Below, one piece after another: positions 36,232-46,020 of a DNA stretch of 64,000 nucleotides. Within the stretch, counting starts at the first letter, position 1; each line of letters begins with the position of its first letter. Both the position numbers and the translations under genes were made by a program. Origin of the DNA: Gemmatimonadota bacterium (lineage in GTDB: Bacteria > Gemmatimonadota > Gemmatimonadetes > Palauibacterales > Palauibacteraceae); assembly GCA_963666735.1 (NCBI GenBank), contig OY762926.1, positions 320,001-384,000 on the forward strand, read 5' to 3'. The notes beneath the pieces were generated by a model, which saw nothing but the letters and a program-made list of their open reading frames with translations, had not been told where the DNA came from and searched no databases.

Positions 36232-37168
36232 CTATTCTCCCTGGGGGCGGGGAGGGGCGCAGTTCGATCCAGAGCCCGCCGGCGCTGCCGAGCACGATGT
36301 TGTCGGAGACGGACTCGGGTCCGCCGCGTACGGTGAGCGACACGACCGGCGCCGAGCCGGGGTCGGCCATCCAGAGGCGTGCGTCGACGACGTACACGGT
36401 CCCGCCCCGGATGCCGACGGCGCGGCCATACAGGTGCTCGGGGTGCCGCGACGGGCCGCAGTCGCGGGCCCCGAAGGCGAGCAGGAACCGCGTGAGGCGC
36501 TCCGGATCCTCCACCATGATCCAGACCGCCTGCAGACCCCGGGCTCCGTTCGCGTGCCCGGGCGCCCCGGGCAGGTTCGGCGGCTCTCGTGCACCCGGAT
36601 CGGAGTCGACGAGGAACACCGGATGCAGCGGATGGTCCGGCGGGAAGGACGCCGTTCGACCCGCGCCGGAACCGGCGGCCGCGAGATCCGGTTCGACGTC
36701 CCGGGCAACGGCGACGAGTTCATCCAGGCCGGTCGCAGCGGCCCCAGCGGCCCCAGCGGCCCCAGCGGCCACGCCGGCCCCATCCGCCCCGGAGAGAGCC
36801 AGGTACGCTCCACCCCCGCCGTCGGCGATCAGGTCGGCATAGCGCCGCACCTCGGTGATACCGGAGGCGTCCGGATCGGCCGAGCCCCCGACGGTCCTGA
36901 GCTCGAGCCGGGTCCCGTCGCCGAACCCGATCTCCGCCGTCTCCATTCCGTTCGCATCGCCTCGCCCGTCCTGGACGTGGAAGCCGAACTCGTCAGTGAG
37001 CCGGCTCGCCAGGGCCTCGAGGCCGCCGACGGCGACGGGTACGTGGTCGAGGCGCAGCGAGGAGCCCGGCGCCACGCACGCCGCCGGCGTGCCCTGGGCG
37101 AGGGCGTCCGCAGCCGTGCCGAGCAGTGCACAGGCGACGATCGCGATCATGCGTCGCTGGTATGTCAT
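36212..37168 (-). CDS. Secreted VOC/glyoxalase-like protein
   Basis: Signal peptide; LDHVPVAV, FGDGTRLEL and HANGARGL motifs; contains a 9-bp repeat encoding AAG; start uncertain. Confidence 0.7.
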   Translation of the reverse strand: MTYQRRMIAIVACALLGTAADALAQGTPAACVAPGSSLRLDHVPVAVGGLEALASRLTDEFGFHVQDGRGDANGMETAEIGFGDGTRLELRTVGGSADPDASGITEVRRYADLIADGGGGAYLALSGADGAGVAAGAAGAAGAAATGLDELVAVARDVEPDLAAAGSGAGRTASFPPDHPLHPVFLVDSDPGAREPPNLPGAPGHANGARGLQAVWIMVEDPERLTRFLLAFGARDCGPSRHPEHLYGRAVGIRGGTVYVVDARLWMADPGSAPVVSLTVRGGPESVSDNIVLGSAGGLWIELRPSPPPGRIDDASHS

Positions 37169-37214
37169 GCGGACAAGATGTCGCCGGGACGGCGAGGTCG
37201 ATAGTTTGCCCGCC

Positions 37215-37745
37215 ATGAAACGACCTGGACCCGACGAACACGCCGACGACTACTCCACCTACATCGACCGGGTGCCGACGGACCGACCCTTGGCGGATGT
37301 CCTCGGCGAAGCGCCCGACGCGCTGGAGGCGCTTCTCTCCGGCCTCCCCGGAGAACGCGAGACGTTCGCATACGAGCCGGGCAAGTGGACGTGCCGCGAA
37401 GTCCTGGGCCATGTCATCGACACCGAGCGGCTCTTCTCCTACCGCGCGCTCCACATCGCCCGCGCGGATTCAGCGGAGCTGCCGGGAATGGATCAGGATG
37501 AATGGGCGGCGGCCTCCAACGCGGCCGGTCGCCCCATCGCGGAACTGCTGCGGGAATTCCGGGGACTGCGCGCCGCGAACGCGGCCTTCTTCGCCTCGCT
37601 CGACGAAGACGCGCTCTCGCGCCGCGGCGTCGCGAGCGGCAGCGAGTGCACGGTGCGTGCGATCATCCACATTATCGCCGGCCACGAACTTCACCACCGG
37701 GACGTGCTCAGGGAACGATACCTGCCCGCCCCTCCCGCCAACTGA
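37215..37745 (+). CDS. DinB-family protein
   Basis: YEPGKWTCREVLGHVIDTER and AGHELHH motifs. Confidence 0.9.
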   Translation: MKRPGPDEHADDYSTYIDRVPTDRPLADVLGEAPDALEALLSGLPGERETFAYEPGKWTCREVLGHVIDTERLFSYRALHIARADSAELPGMDQDEWAAASNAAGRPIAELLREFRGLRAANAAFFASLDEDALSRRGVASGSECTVRAIIHIIAGHELHHRDVLRERYLPAPPAN

Positions 37746-37755
37746 GGAGATCGAG

Positions 37756-38079
37756 ATGACCGAGATCGCGCTCTTCTACCAGCGCCCGGGCTGAACGAGT
37801 TGCAAACGCACCCGTGCGGTGTTCGACGAGACCGGCGCGACGATCGCGGAGGAACGATCCGCCACGAAGGCTCCGCTGACGGATGACGACGTGCGGGCGC
37901 TCCTGGCGACCGCCGAGCGGGTGGTCGTCGCCAGAGGGAGGAGCCGGCGCGATCTGAGTCCCGGGGAAACCGAACTCGACGCGCTGAAGGGGCCCACGGG
38001 GAAGTACCGCGCGCCGATCGTGCTGGCGGGAGCCACGCTTCTGGTCGGCTTCAGCGCCGAGGCGCTCGCCGAACTCTGA
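37756..38079 (+). CDS. ArsC/Spx-like thioredoxin-fold protein, probable selenoprotein (UxxC)
   Basis: GAGGAG RBS; MTEIALFYQRPG-TGA-TSCKRTR continues in frame to GPTGKYRAPIVLAGATLLVGF; hairpin 3' of the TGA. Confidence 0.8.
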
Positions 38080-38440
38080 AGCCGAAGTCGCCGCGGATCG
38101 TGTGGCCGTCCTGCGCCATGGCTCGCCACATGACCTCGTAGTCGCCGTCCGCGAGCCCCTCGCCCACGTCCAGCACGACGACGCTTGGGTCGTCCTCTTT
38201 CGCGGTCGCCGGTTCCAGGTCGAGGGGTTCGCCTCCCTTCGGCAGGAGCCGGACCGACGTCCCGGCCATCTGCGGGGCCTGCGTGAACCACAGCGTGACC
38301 GTCTCGGGGCTGGCCGCCACCGTCTCATCCTTCTTCGGAGACGACTCCTTGAGAGCGAGGTGAGCGCAGACGTAGATGCCCGCCGTCGCCAGCACGGCGG
38401 TCGCTACGACGACGGCCCGGTTTCGGATCCACCTGGTCAT
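38051..38440 (-). CDS. copC: CopC-family copper-binding protein
   Basis: Signal peptide exposing an N-terminal His (A-HLALKESSP); C-terminal WRAMAQDGH. Confidence 0.88.
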   Translation of the reverse strand: MTRWIRNRAVVVATAVLATAGIYVCAHLALKESSPKKDETVAASPETVTLWFTQAPQMAGTSVRLLPKGGEPLDLEPATAKEDDPSVVVLDVGEGLADGDYEVMWRAMAQDGHTIRGDFGFRVRRAPRR

Positions 38441-38685
38441 TGAACTGCCCATCGAACTTCGCCCCGGTCCTGGTGCGGTCCTGTGTCGATCCGGGGTCGG
38501 ACGATGGCGCATCCATCGCCCGCCCACCGAATGCACCTTCCAAATGCTATCCGTTTAGCTGTGCGCGGCAACCGCCCCGGGCCGGAAAGGGTTGCCAGCT
38601 TGACTCGCCATGCCACCTGACTCAGCTTGATGCCCTGATCCGGAGTGCCCCGCGACGGCATTCCAAATACTCTGGCGGCATAGCC

Positions 38686-39042
38686 GTGAAGCCGATTTCT
38701 CCTCGAAAGCCTAAGGATCTTCGCCAGCGCGGTGTGCTGGCCATCGTCCTCCTTCAGGCCGTGGCGTTCGCCGTCCTGCCGGCGGCGGATGCGGTGCTTG
38801 AAGCCGGCGCATCGAGCACCGTCGCGCACTTCGAAGGGGAACACAGCGAGCACTGCGACAGCGGGCACAGCCACCTGCTGTGCCAGTTGTCTCGCACGGT
38901 GTCACTGGGGTTCCCCCCCCTGATACCGATCGATCTGCCGCTGGCATTCGAAGCCAGCCCCGACACTCCGGCCGCGTCCGCCTGGCATCGCCGCCCGATT
39001 CCGTCCGGCGGGAGCGGTCCCAGGGCCCCTCCTCGAGCCTGA
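38686..39042 (+). CDS. DUF2946/CruR-like leader protein with C-terminal RAPP motif
   Basis: Hydrophobic signal, His/Cys cluster HFEGEHSEHCDSGHSHLLCQL, Pro-rich tail ending GPRAPPRA*. Confidence 0.7.
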   Translation: MKPISPRKPKDLRQRGVLAIVLLQAVAFAVLPAADAVLEAGASSTVAHFEGEHSEHCDSGHSHLLCQLSRTVSLGFPPLIPIDLPLAFEASPDTPAASAWHRRPIPSGGSGPRAPPRA

Positions 39043-39201
39043 CCCGCTGCCGGGCAAGATCCGCCCCGGAAGCCCCCGACCGCCCCATGGGCGGCGGATC
39101 GCAAGTCTCCCGAAACACACGTTACCGACTGAAGCATTTCAGCGAGACACGCCGCGCTTCTCCAGCAGGAGCGGTCATCGGCGGGTCTCGAAAGGCTGTG
39201 C

Positions 39202-41418
39202 ATGGCGATAAGGCGTCTGGCCGGTCTCATCCCGGCCGTCCTGGCAATGGCTCTTGGAGCCGTCGGTTTGTCCGCGCAGGTTGAGCACGCGGGCGAGATC
39301 GAGGGTGTCGTGCGCGATGTCGATTCCAAAGAGCCTCTCGCCGGCGCCCTGGTCTCCGTCGCGGCGCCGGGTGTGAGGGCGGTCTCGCATGGCGATGGCA
39401 CGTTTCACATTCCGGTGCCGGGTTTGCGCGTGTACACGGTGCGGGTGGAACGCCTGGGCTACCGCACGGTCTCGCTGGAAGTGGATGCGTCGAGGGGCGA
39501 GATCGTGGACGTGGAGATGGAAGCCAATCCCATCTCCCTGCCGGATCTCGTGGTCACCGGGTCGGTTGTGGCGCGCGCGGTCAACGAAGTGTTGCGCCCA
39601 ACCAGCGTATTCGCGGGAGAAGACCTGCAACGCCGCCTGACCGGAACTCTGGCCGAAACGCTGTCCTCCGAGCCCGGCCTCGCGGTGACCAGCATGGGAC
39701 CGGGCTCGGCGCACCCGGTGATCCGGGGCCTGAGCGGAGACCGCATCCTGATGCTCGAGGACGGGGAACGGGTCGGGGACGAGTTTGCGAGCGGCCCGGA
39801 CCACGCGACCGCGCTCGACGCATCGTCGGCGCGCCGCGTCGAGGTCATCCGCGGACCGGGCGCGATCCTCTACGGCAGCAACGCGCTGGGGGGCGTCATC
39901 AACGTCGTCCGCGATGACGTACCCTCATCCGTGCCGCACCATCTTACGGGCGCGTTCACCCTTCAGGGAGAGAGCGTCAGCAACGCAGCCGGCGGAAGCC
40001 TCAATCTCACGGTTGGCCTCACGGACCACATTCCCGTGCGGCTGGAACTCTCGCGTCGCGGGAGCGGCGACCTGAAGACCCCGGTCGGACTCCTGGAGAA
40101 TACGAATACCGATACGCGGGAGATTTCCGGCGGAACCTCGTGGGTGGACGACTGGGGCCATGCCGGCGCGACCTTCCGGTACTACGGCAACGACTACGGC
40201 ATCCCCGGAGGATTCGTCGGAGGTCACGAGGCCGGGGTTCGCGTCGAGATGGAGCGGACCGCGACCAGACTGCGCAGCGTGCTGCGGCCACGAACGGTCT
40301 TCGAGAGCATCGAGATCGACGCGGGACACACCTGGTACGAGCACAGAGAGATCGAGCCTCCCGACATTCCGGGAACGCTCTTCGAGCGCCGGACGGCGAG
40401 CGGCGAGATCCTGGCCCGCCACGGCGGCTGGGGCCCCTTCTCCTCGGGAGCGGTGGGGACGCGGGGTTCCCGGGAAGACCTCGGATTCGGGGGCGCGCTC
40501 TTCACTCCGAACTCCACGCACACGTCCTTTGCCGTATTCGCGCTGGAAGAGGTCGACCTGAATCCGATACGCCTGGAAGCGGGCCTTCGCTACGACTGGG
40601 CACAGGTGCGGCCCGACCGCGAGGACCCCTCGTCCGATATCGGCCACATCCGGGCGAGGTCGTTTCGCGCGGCGTCGGGCTCCCTGGGGGCCTTGGCACA
40701 GCTGACGCGGAACTTCACGGTGGGCGCTACCATCGCCCGGGCCTTCCGCACCCCCAGCGTCAACGAGCTGTTCTCGGAGGGTCCCCATCTGGCAGCCTAT
40801 GCCTTCGAGGTGGGGAACCCGTCGCTCGATATGGAACGCGGGACCGGCCTCGACCTGTTCGTCCGGATCACCGGCGACCGGCTGAACGCCGAGGTGACGT
40901 GGTTCCGCAACGCCATTACCGACTACGTCTTCCCACTCGAAACCGGAGAGCTGAGCCGCGTGCGGCTGCCGATCTTCCAGTTCCAGGGCGAAGACGCGGT
41001 GCTCACCGGATTCGAGAGCGCGCTCGAGTGGGCGGCGGTCGGCGATCTGACCTTGGAGGCGGTGGCTTCGTACGTTCAGGGCCGGATCAGGGCAACCGAC
41101 GAGCCGCTGCCCCTGATCCCGCCGCTGCAGGGGCGTTTCGCCGTCGGCTACGCGCCTCGCGACTGGTTCGTCGAAGCCGAAACTCGAGTTGCGGCTCGTC
41201 AGGATCGGACGGGGGCCTTCGAAGGCCCGACCGATGGGTATGCCGTTTTCGATCTCTCCGCCGGCATGCGGATCACGGTCATGGGGCGGCTGAACGTGAT
41301 CACGGTGCGGGGAGAGAACCTTGGCAATGCGGTATACAGAAACCACCTGTCGCGCGTGAAGGAGATCATGCCCCAGGCGGGGCGATCCATCAGCGTGGCA
41401 TATCGCGTCGTTTTCTAG
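39202..41418 (+). CDS. TonB-dependent receptor, ZnuD-like metal transporter
   Basis: PVIRGLSGDRI, PDHA, RGPGAILYGSNALGGVINV, YEHREIE and EGPHLA motifs; C-terminal Phe. Confidence 0.88.
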   Translation: MAIRRLAGLIPAVLAMALGAVGLSAQVEHAGEIEGVVRDVDSKEPLAGALVSVAAPGVRAVSHGDGTFHIPVPGLRVYTVRVERLGYRTVSLEVDASRGEIVDVEMEANPISLPDLVVTGSVVARAVNEVLRPTSVFAGEDLQRRLTGTLAETLSSEPGLAVTSMGPGSAHPVIRGLSGDRILMLEDGERVGDEFASGPDHATALDASSARRVEVIRGPGAILYGSNALGGVINVVRDDVPSSVPHHLTGAFTLQGESVSNAAGGSLNLTVGLTDHIPVRLELSRRGSGDLKTPVGLLENTNTDTREISGGTSWVDDWGHAGATFRYYGNDYGIPGGFVGGHEAGVRVEMERTATRLRSVLRPRTVFESIEIDAGHTWYEHREIEPPDIPGTLFERRTASGEILARHGGWGPFSSGAVGTRGSREDLGFGGALFTPNSTHTSFAVFALEEVDLNPIRLEAGLRYDWAQVRPDREDPSSDIGHIRARSFRAASGSLGALAQLTRNFTVGATIARAFRTPSVNELFSEGPHLAAYAFEVGNPSLDMERGTGLDLFVRITGDRLNAEVTWFRNAITDYVFPLETGELSRVRLPIFQFQGEDAVLTGFESALEWAAVGDLTLEAVASYVQGRIRATDEPLPLIPPLQGRFAVGYAPRDWFVEAETRVAARQDRTGAFEGPTDGYAVFDLSAGMRITVMGRLNVITVRGENLGNAVYRNHLSRVKEIMPQAGRSISVAYRVVF

Positions 41419-41446
41419 AACACACAACACAACGAGGTGAGGAGCA

Positions 41447-41944
41447 ATGAGACACTTCCAGCCGAAACTCCCACTTGCCCTGCTGACCGCGGGACTCCTG
41501 GTGCTTTCCGCCTGCGGCGACAGCGCCACGGAACCGGACGATCACGATGATGACGACGATCACGCCGGAGAGGTCGAGGGCCTGACGTTGACCCTGAGCG
41601 GCCAGACCGTTGCGGCCTACGATGGAGACGATGGAGCCTGGACCGGAGAACTGGAGGTCGAGCCCGGCGAGGAAACGGCCCACATCTCCGTGCAGTTCGT
41701 GGACCACAACGGGCAGGCGGTGGCGCTCGACGACAACTACTACCTGGAAGTGGAGGTCGAGGATGAATCCGTCGCCGAATTCGAGCAGGACACGCCCGGT
41801 GAGTTCGGGGGACACCTGCACGGAGGGATGGAGGGAGATACCGAGATCACCTTCAGCCTGATGCACGGCGCGGTCGGATCGGGACACGCGGATTTCGTGA
41901 CTGCACCGTTGCACGTGCATGTGCACGAGCACGACGACGGCTAG
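41447..41944 (+). CDS. His/Asp-rich lipoprotein, putative metal chaperone
   Basis: LSAC lipobox; DDHDDDDDH, HLH, GHADF and HVHVHEH. Confidence 0.8.
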   Translation: MRHFQPKLPLALLTAGLLVLSACGDSATEPDDHDDDDDHAGEVEGLTLTLSGQTVAAYDGDDGAWTGELEVEPGEETAHISVQFVDHNGQAVALDDNYYLEVEVEDESVAEFEQDTPGEFGGHLHGGMEGDTEITFSLMHGAVGSGHADFVTAPLHVHVHEHDDG

Positions 41945-41970
41945 CGTCTCAGCCCGTCTCATGAGTCCCG

Positions 41971-42006
41971 CAAGCCCTCCCCGGAGCGATTTCCGGGGAG
42001 GGTTTG
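41971..42006 (+). terminator. Hairpin terminator
   Basis: CAAGCCCTCCCCGGA...TCCGGGGAGGGTTTG stem downstream of the operon. Confidence 0.7.
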
Positions 42007-42140
42007 TCCGTTGTCGCGAGCAAGGTTTACGCGCGGTCCCCGTCGCTTGACCGCCGGATTGGGCGAGGCTCATGTTCAGCGCCCGTGTGCCGCCGCCCGT
42101 CCGCGGCCGCGTCGACTGTCTACCGTGAACCGAGGTCTCG

Positions 42141-44156
42141 ATGAGAACAGCACGCGCCACAGCCCCCGCGCCGCCGTCCGTGTTCCGCCGTTTTCCACTC
42201 CTGCTCGTGCTCGGCTTCGCCGTTGCGGGCTGCGCGGAAGGCGGCGAGAGCGTAGCCGACCATGCCGACTGGAAGCACATCGCCGGCAACGACATGGGGC
42301 AGCGCTACTCGTCCCTCGACCAGATCGATCCGGAGAACTTCGAGAGCATCGAGGTGGCCTGGGTCTGGGAGGGATCCGACTACCCGGCCGTGAACGCCCG
42401 CGCCACGCCGATCTACGTGGACGGGATGCTGATCTCGGTGGCGGGCGAGAAGCGGCACACCTACGCGATCGACGCGGGCACGGGGGAGAGGGTCTGGGAG
42501 TACGTCGAGCCCGAGACCTTCCGCTGGGAGTACTCGATGCGGAAGAACCACGGGAAGGGCGTCGCGTACGGCGAGATCGACGGTCGCGCGGTCGTCTACA
42601 TGGCGAGTCCCGCCTTCTTCCTGCACGCGCTGTGGGCCGACACGGGCGAACACGTGGAGGGCTTCGGCGGTCCCGTCGGCGTCCCGGGCTTCCCGGAGTC
42701 GGGGGTCGTCGACCTGCTCGCGGGGCTCGGGCACGAGTTCGACCCGTACCACGGCATTCCGCTCGAGACCGGCTACATCACGAGTTCGTCCCCTCCGATC
42801 GTCGTAAACGGCGTGATCGTGATCGGGAACTCCGCCGAGCAGGGCTACAACCAGTCGCGGCGCGAGAACGTGCCGGGCGACATCCTCGGCTACGACGCGC
42901 GCACGGGCGACTTCATGTGGAAGTTCAACGTCCTCCCGGGACCCGGCGAGTTCGGCCACGAGACGTGGGAGAACGACGCCTGGGAGTGGACGGGCGACAT
43001 CTCGTCGTGGGCGCCGCTCTCCGCGGACGAGGAGCGGGGCATCGTCTACATCCCGACCAACGGGGCCACGATGGACTTTTGGGGCGGTTTCCGGCCGGGA
43101 GACAACCTGTTCTCGACGAGCCTGATCGCGCTCGATGTGCAGACGGGAGAGCGGGTTTGGCACTATCAGCTCGTGCACCACGACATATGGAACTACGACA
43201 CGCCGCAGATCCCCGTGCTGATGGACGTGACGGTGGATGGCGAGGATGTGCCGGCGGTCGTGCAGGTCACGAAGCAGGCCTTCGCGTACGCCTTCAACCG
43301 GGAGACGGGCGAGCCGATCTGGCCGATCGAGGAGCGGCCGGTGCCGGAGGGGCTCATGCCGGGCGAGGCGCTTTCGCCGACGCAGCCGTTCCCGACCAGG
43401 CCGGCGCCGTACGACATGCAGGGGCTGACGCACGACGACCTGATCGACTTCACGCCGGAGTTGCGGGAAGCCGCGATCGAAGCCCTCGACGACTACGTGA
43501 TCGGCCCGCTGTTCACGCCCCCGCTTCACCGGGACAACGACCTCGGCAAGGTGGCGTCGATGTGGTGTCCGGGAGATGTGGGAGGGACGAACATCGACGG
43601 GACGCCGGCGGCGGACCCGGAGACGGGGATCCTGTACGTGACGTCGCAGAAGGGGTGCGGGTCGCGGATCATGGTGCCGGGGGAGGAGCGCGACGCGCGG
43701 GAGCCGGCGCAGACGGGGACGACGATCACGAAGTTCGCGGTCGGGGGGTTCGCGGGCGTCCGGCGGGTGCAGGGTCTTCCGCTCTTCAAGCCGCCGTACA
43801 GCCGGATCACGGCGATCGACATGAACACGGGCGAGCACCTGTGGTGGATTCCGGTGGGCGACACGCCGAACAGCGTGCTCGAGCACGACGCGCTCCAGGG
43901 CATGGACGTCCCGAACACGGGCACGGGGCGGCAGGCGGCGCAGATCGTCACGAGCACCCTGCTCATGTACACGGGGGAGGGGAGCGACGGGACCTCCTAC
44001 CTGTTCGCCGTGGACAAGGCGACGGGCGAACGGCTGGGGCAGGTCGAGCTTCCGGCGCAGCCGCGGTACGGGATGATGACGTACATGCACGAAGGCAGGC
44101 AGCATGTGGTGATCCAGGCTCCCAACACGCTGATGGCGCTGCGTCTCGCCGACTGA
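42141..44156 (+). CDS. PQQ-dependent dehydrogenase-like (quinoprotein glucose dehydrogenase family) lipoprotein
   Basis: RYSSLDQI, ATPIYVDG, WHYQLVHHDIWNYD and KPPYSRITAIDMNTG motifs. Confidence 0.88.
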   Translation: MRTARATAPAPPSVFRRFPLLLVLGFAVAGCAEGGESVADHADWKHIAGNDMGQRYSSLDQIDPENFESIEVAWVWEGSDYPAVNARATPIYVDGMLISVAGEKRHTYAIDAGTGERVWEYVEPETFRWEYSMRKNHGKGVAYGEIDGRAVVYMASPAFFLHALWADTGEHVEGFGGPVGVPGFPESGVVDLLAGLGHEFDPYHGIPLETGYITSSSPPIVVNGVIVIGNSAEQGYNQSRRENVPGDILGYDARTGDFMWKFNVLPGPGEFGHETWENDAWEWTGDISSWAPLSADEERGIVYIPTNGATMDFWGGFRPGDNLFSTSLIALDVQTGERVWHYQLVHHDIWNYDTPQIPVLMDVTVDGEDVPAVVQVTKQAFAYAFNRETGEPIWPIEERPVPEGLMPGEALSPTQPFPTRPAPYDMQGLTHDDLIDFTPELREAAIEALDDYVIGPLFTPPLHRDNDLGKVASMWCPGDVGGTNIDGTPAADPETGILYVTSQKGCGSRIMVPGEERDAREPAQTGTTITKFAVGGFAGVRRVQGLPLFKPPYSRITAIDMNTGEHLWWIPVGDTPNSVLEHDALQGMDVPNTGTGRQAAQIVTSTLLMYTGEGSDGTSYLFAVDKATGERLGQVELPAQPRYGMMTYMHEGRQHVVIQAPNTLMALRLAD

Positions 44157-44214
44157 TCGCGGGCCTCCGGCGGCCCGGGTTGGCGCCCATGGCGGCGCCT
44201 CGCGACATTTTGGC

Positions 44215-45984
44215 ATGAGTTATCGCTTCTTCGCGGGAGTCCGGCCTTCCAGGGTCTGGCTTGCCGCCGCCCTGCTCGTCGTGCCGGCTTCGCGGCTGTG
44301 GATCGCAGCGCCCGCCGCGGCCCAGGCGATCAGCGGCACCGTGCGCGAGACCGGCGGCGGCCGACCCATCGCGGGCGGCTTCATCAGCCTGCTGAACAGC
44401 GAGGGCGAGGGCCTGGAGGCCGACTTCACGGCGGCCGACGGGCTCTTCTCGCTCAGGGCCCCCGGCCCGGGCCGGTACCGGATACGGGTGGAGCGTATCG
44501 GGTACGCCAACTGGGTCACGGAGCCCTACGAGGTGACGGCCGGGCAGTCGCTCACGATCACGGTGGAGGTCCCGCCGGAACCCGTCCGGCTCGGCGACCT
44601 GCGCGTCGAAGTCAGCGGATCCTGCCTGGACGATCCGAGCGAAGGGGCCGCCCTCGCCACGGTGTGGGAGGAGGCGCGCAAGGCGCTCGAGACCGCGGTG
44701 TGGGCCGAGGGCCGCGGTGAACTCACGTTTACCCTCCGGGAGTACCAGCGTACGCTCGATCCGCGCCATCTCACGACCCTGGAGGTAGAGAGCCGCACGC
44801 GGCGGCACGTTCGACTGCCCCCGTTCCGCAGCCTGCCGGCCCGCCAGCTCACGACATCGGGCTACGCACTCGTGGACGCGGACTCGGCCATGTTCTACGC
44901 GCCGGACGCGACGGTGCTGCTGTCGTCGGAGTTCCGGGACACCCAGTGCTTCGGCCTGGAGCGCGCCGAGGTCGACGACGAACCGATGCTCGGCATCACG
45001 TTCCGCCCGCGGCGAGGGCGCGACGTGATCGACATCGAGGGCACGCTCTGGCTCGCCGAGGAGAGCGCGGAACTGCGCCGCGTGCAGATCCGGTACCGCA
45101 ACGTCCCGCTGCCCAGAAACGCGCAGCGTCGGCACATTGGCGCGGATCTTACGTTCGACCGCCTGCCGGACGGCCCGTTCTATGTCCGCGACTGGTGGGT
45201 GCGGTTCCCGATCGGGAGCCGGTCCTCACGCTTCAGGGCGGGTCTGTCCGGCCGTCGGGATCCGGTACTCGTGGCGTACCGCCAGGCGGGCGGCACGGTG
45301 ACGGACGCCTTTGCGGGCGGCGTGTCCTTCGAGGTGGGCGAGGGTGCGGTCACGGGCGTTCTGCGAGACAGCGCGGGCGGCGAGCCGCTCGCGGGCGCGG
45401 AAATTGTCGTCCGCGACTGGGACGACGCGGCGGCCTTGCTGCCCCGGCCTCGGGCCGCGGATGTCCCCTTCAGCGCGGTCACGGACGAGGCGGGGGGGTT
45501 CCAGGTGGCGGGACTGCCCGATGGCGTCTACGCGCTGGGCGTGGACCACCCGAAGCTTCAGGCTGCGGGAGTGCGGGTCAACGAGACCCGCGTGGTCGTC
45601 GAGGATCGGACGAGCGAGCCGCTGGAGCTGTGGACGCCGTCCGCCGACGCCCTCTTCGCGCGCGTCTGCCCCCGGTCGTCGCCCTACGGGAGCAGGGGCG
45701 CCGTGGTCGGGTTCGCGCGCGATGCCGGCACGGGGCTACCGCTGCCGGACATCGAGGTCGAGGCCGTGTGGCGGGTGCAGCGGCTTCAGGGCACGGTGCG
45801 AAACGCCGTCACGTCCGAACGGTCGGAGTACGCCGCCGGCGCGTCCGACGAGCGCGGCCGGTTCACGATCTGCGGCGTCCCGCTCGGCGAGCCGGTCCTG
45901 CTGCGGCCGCGGGGCGTCGACGAGGCCGTGGAGCTCGAGCTGATCACGCGCATCGCGTGGCGCGACGTGTTCGTCGAGCCGTAA
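44215..45984 (+). CDS. Secreted protein with multiple carboxypeptidase-regulatory-like domains
   Basis: Signal peptide; three GxVRD/E...TD/SD-xxG-xF units. Confidence 0.75.
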   Translation: MSYRFFAGVRPSRVWLAAALLVVPASRLWIAAPAAAQAISGTVRETGGGRPIAGGFISLLNSEGEGLEADFTAADGLFSLRAPGPGRYRIRVERIGYANWVTEPYEVTAGQSLTITVEVPPEPVRLGDLRVEVSGSCLDDPSEGAALATVWEEARKALETAVWAEGRGELTFTLREYQRTLDPRHLTTLEVESRTRRHVRLPPFRSLPARQLTTSGYALVDADSAMFYAPDATVLLSSEFRDTQCFGLERAEVDDEPMLGITFRPRRGRDVIDIEGTLWLAEESAELRRVQIRYRNVPLPRNAQRRHIGADLTFDRLPDGPFYVRDWWVRFPIGSRSSRFRAGLSGRRDPVLVAYRQAGGTVTDAFAGGVSFEVGEGAVTGVLRDSAGGEPLAGAEIVVRDWDDAAALLPRPRAADVPFSAVTDEAGGFQVAGLPDGVYALGVDHPKLQAAGVRVNETRVVVEDRTSEPLELWTPSADALFARVCPRSSPYGSRGAVVGFARDAGTGLPLPDIEVEAVWRVQRLQGTVRNAVTSERSEYAAGASDERGRFTICGVPLGEPVLLRPRGVDEAVELELITRIAWRDVFVEP

Positions 45985-46020
45985 CGGTCCGCCGCTCCTG
46001 TCCGGCCGCCCCTCCGGCGG

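Noticed and set aside
36737..36770. 9-bp tandem repeat inside the VOC gene
   Set aside because: An in-frame Ala-Ala-Gly linker expansion with no sign of a regulatory role.
38051..38079. 29-bp convergent overlap of the ArsC-like gene and copC
   Set aside because: Short 3' overlaps are common in compact GC-rich genomes.
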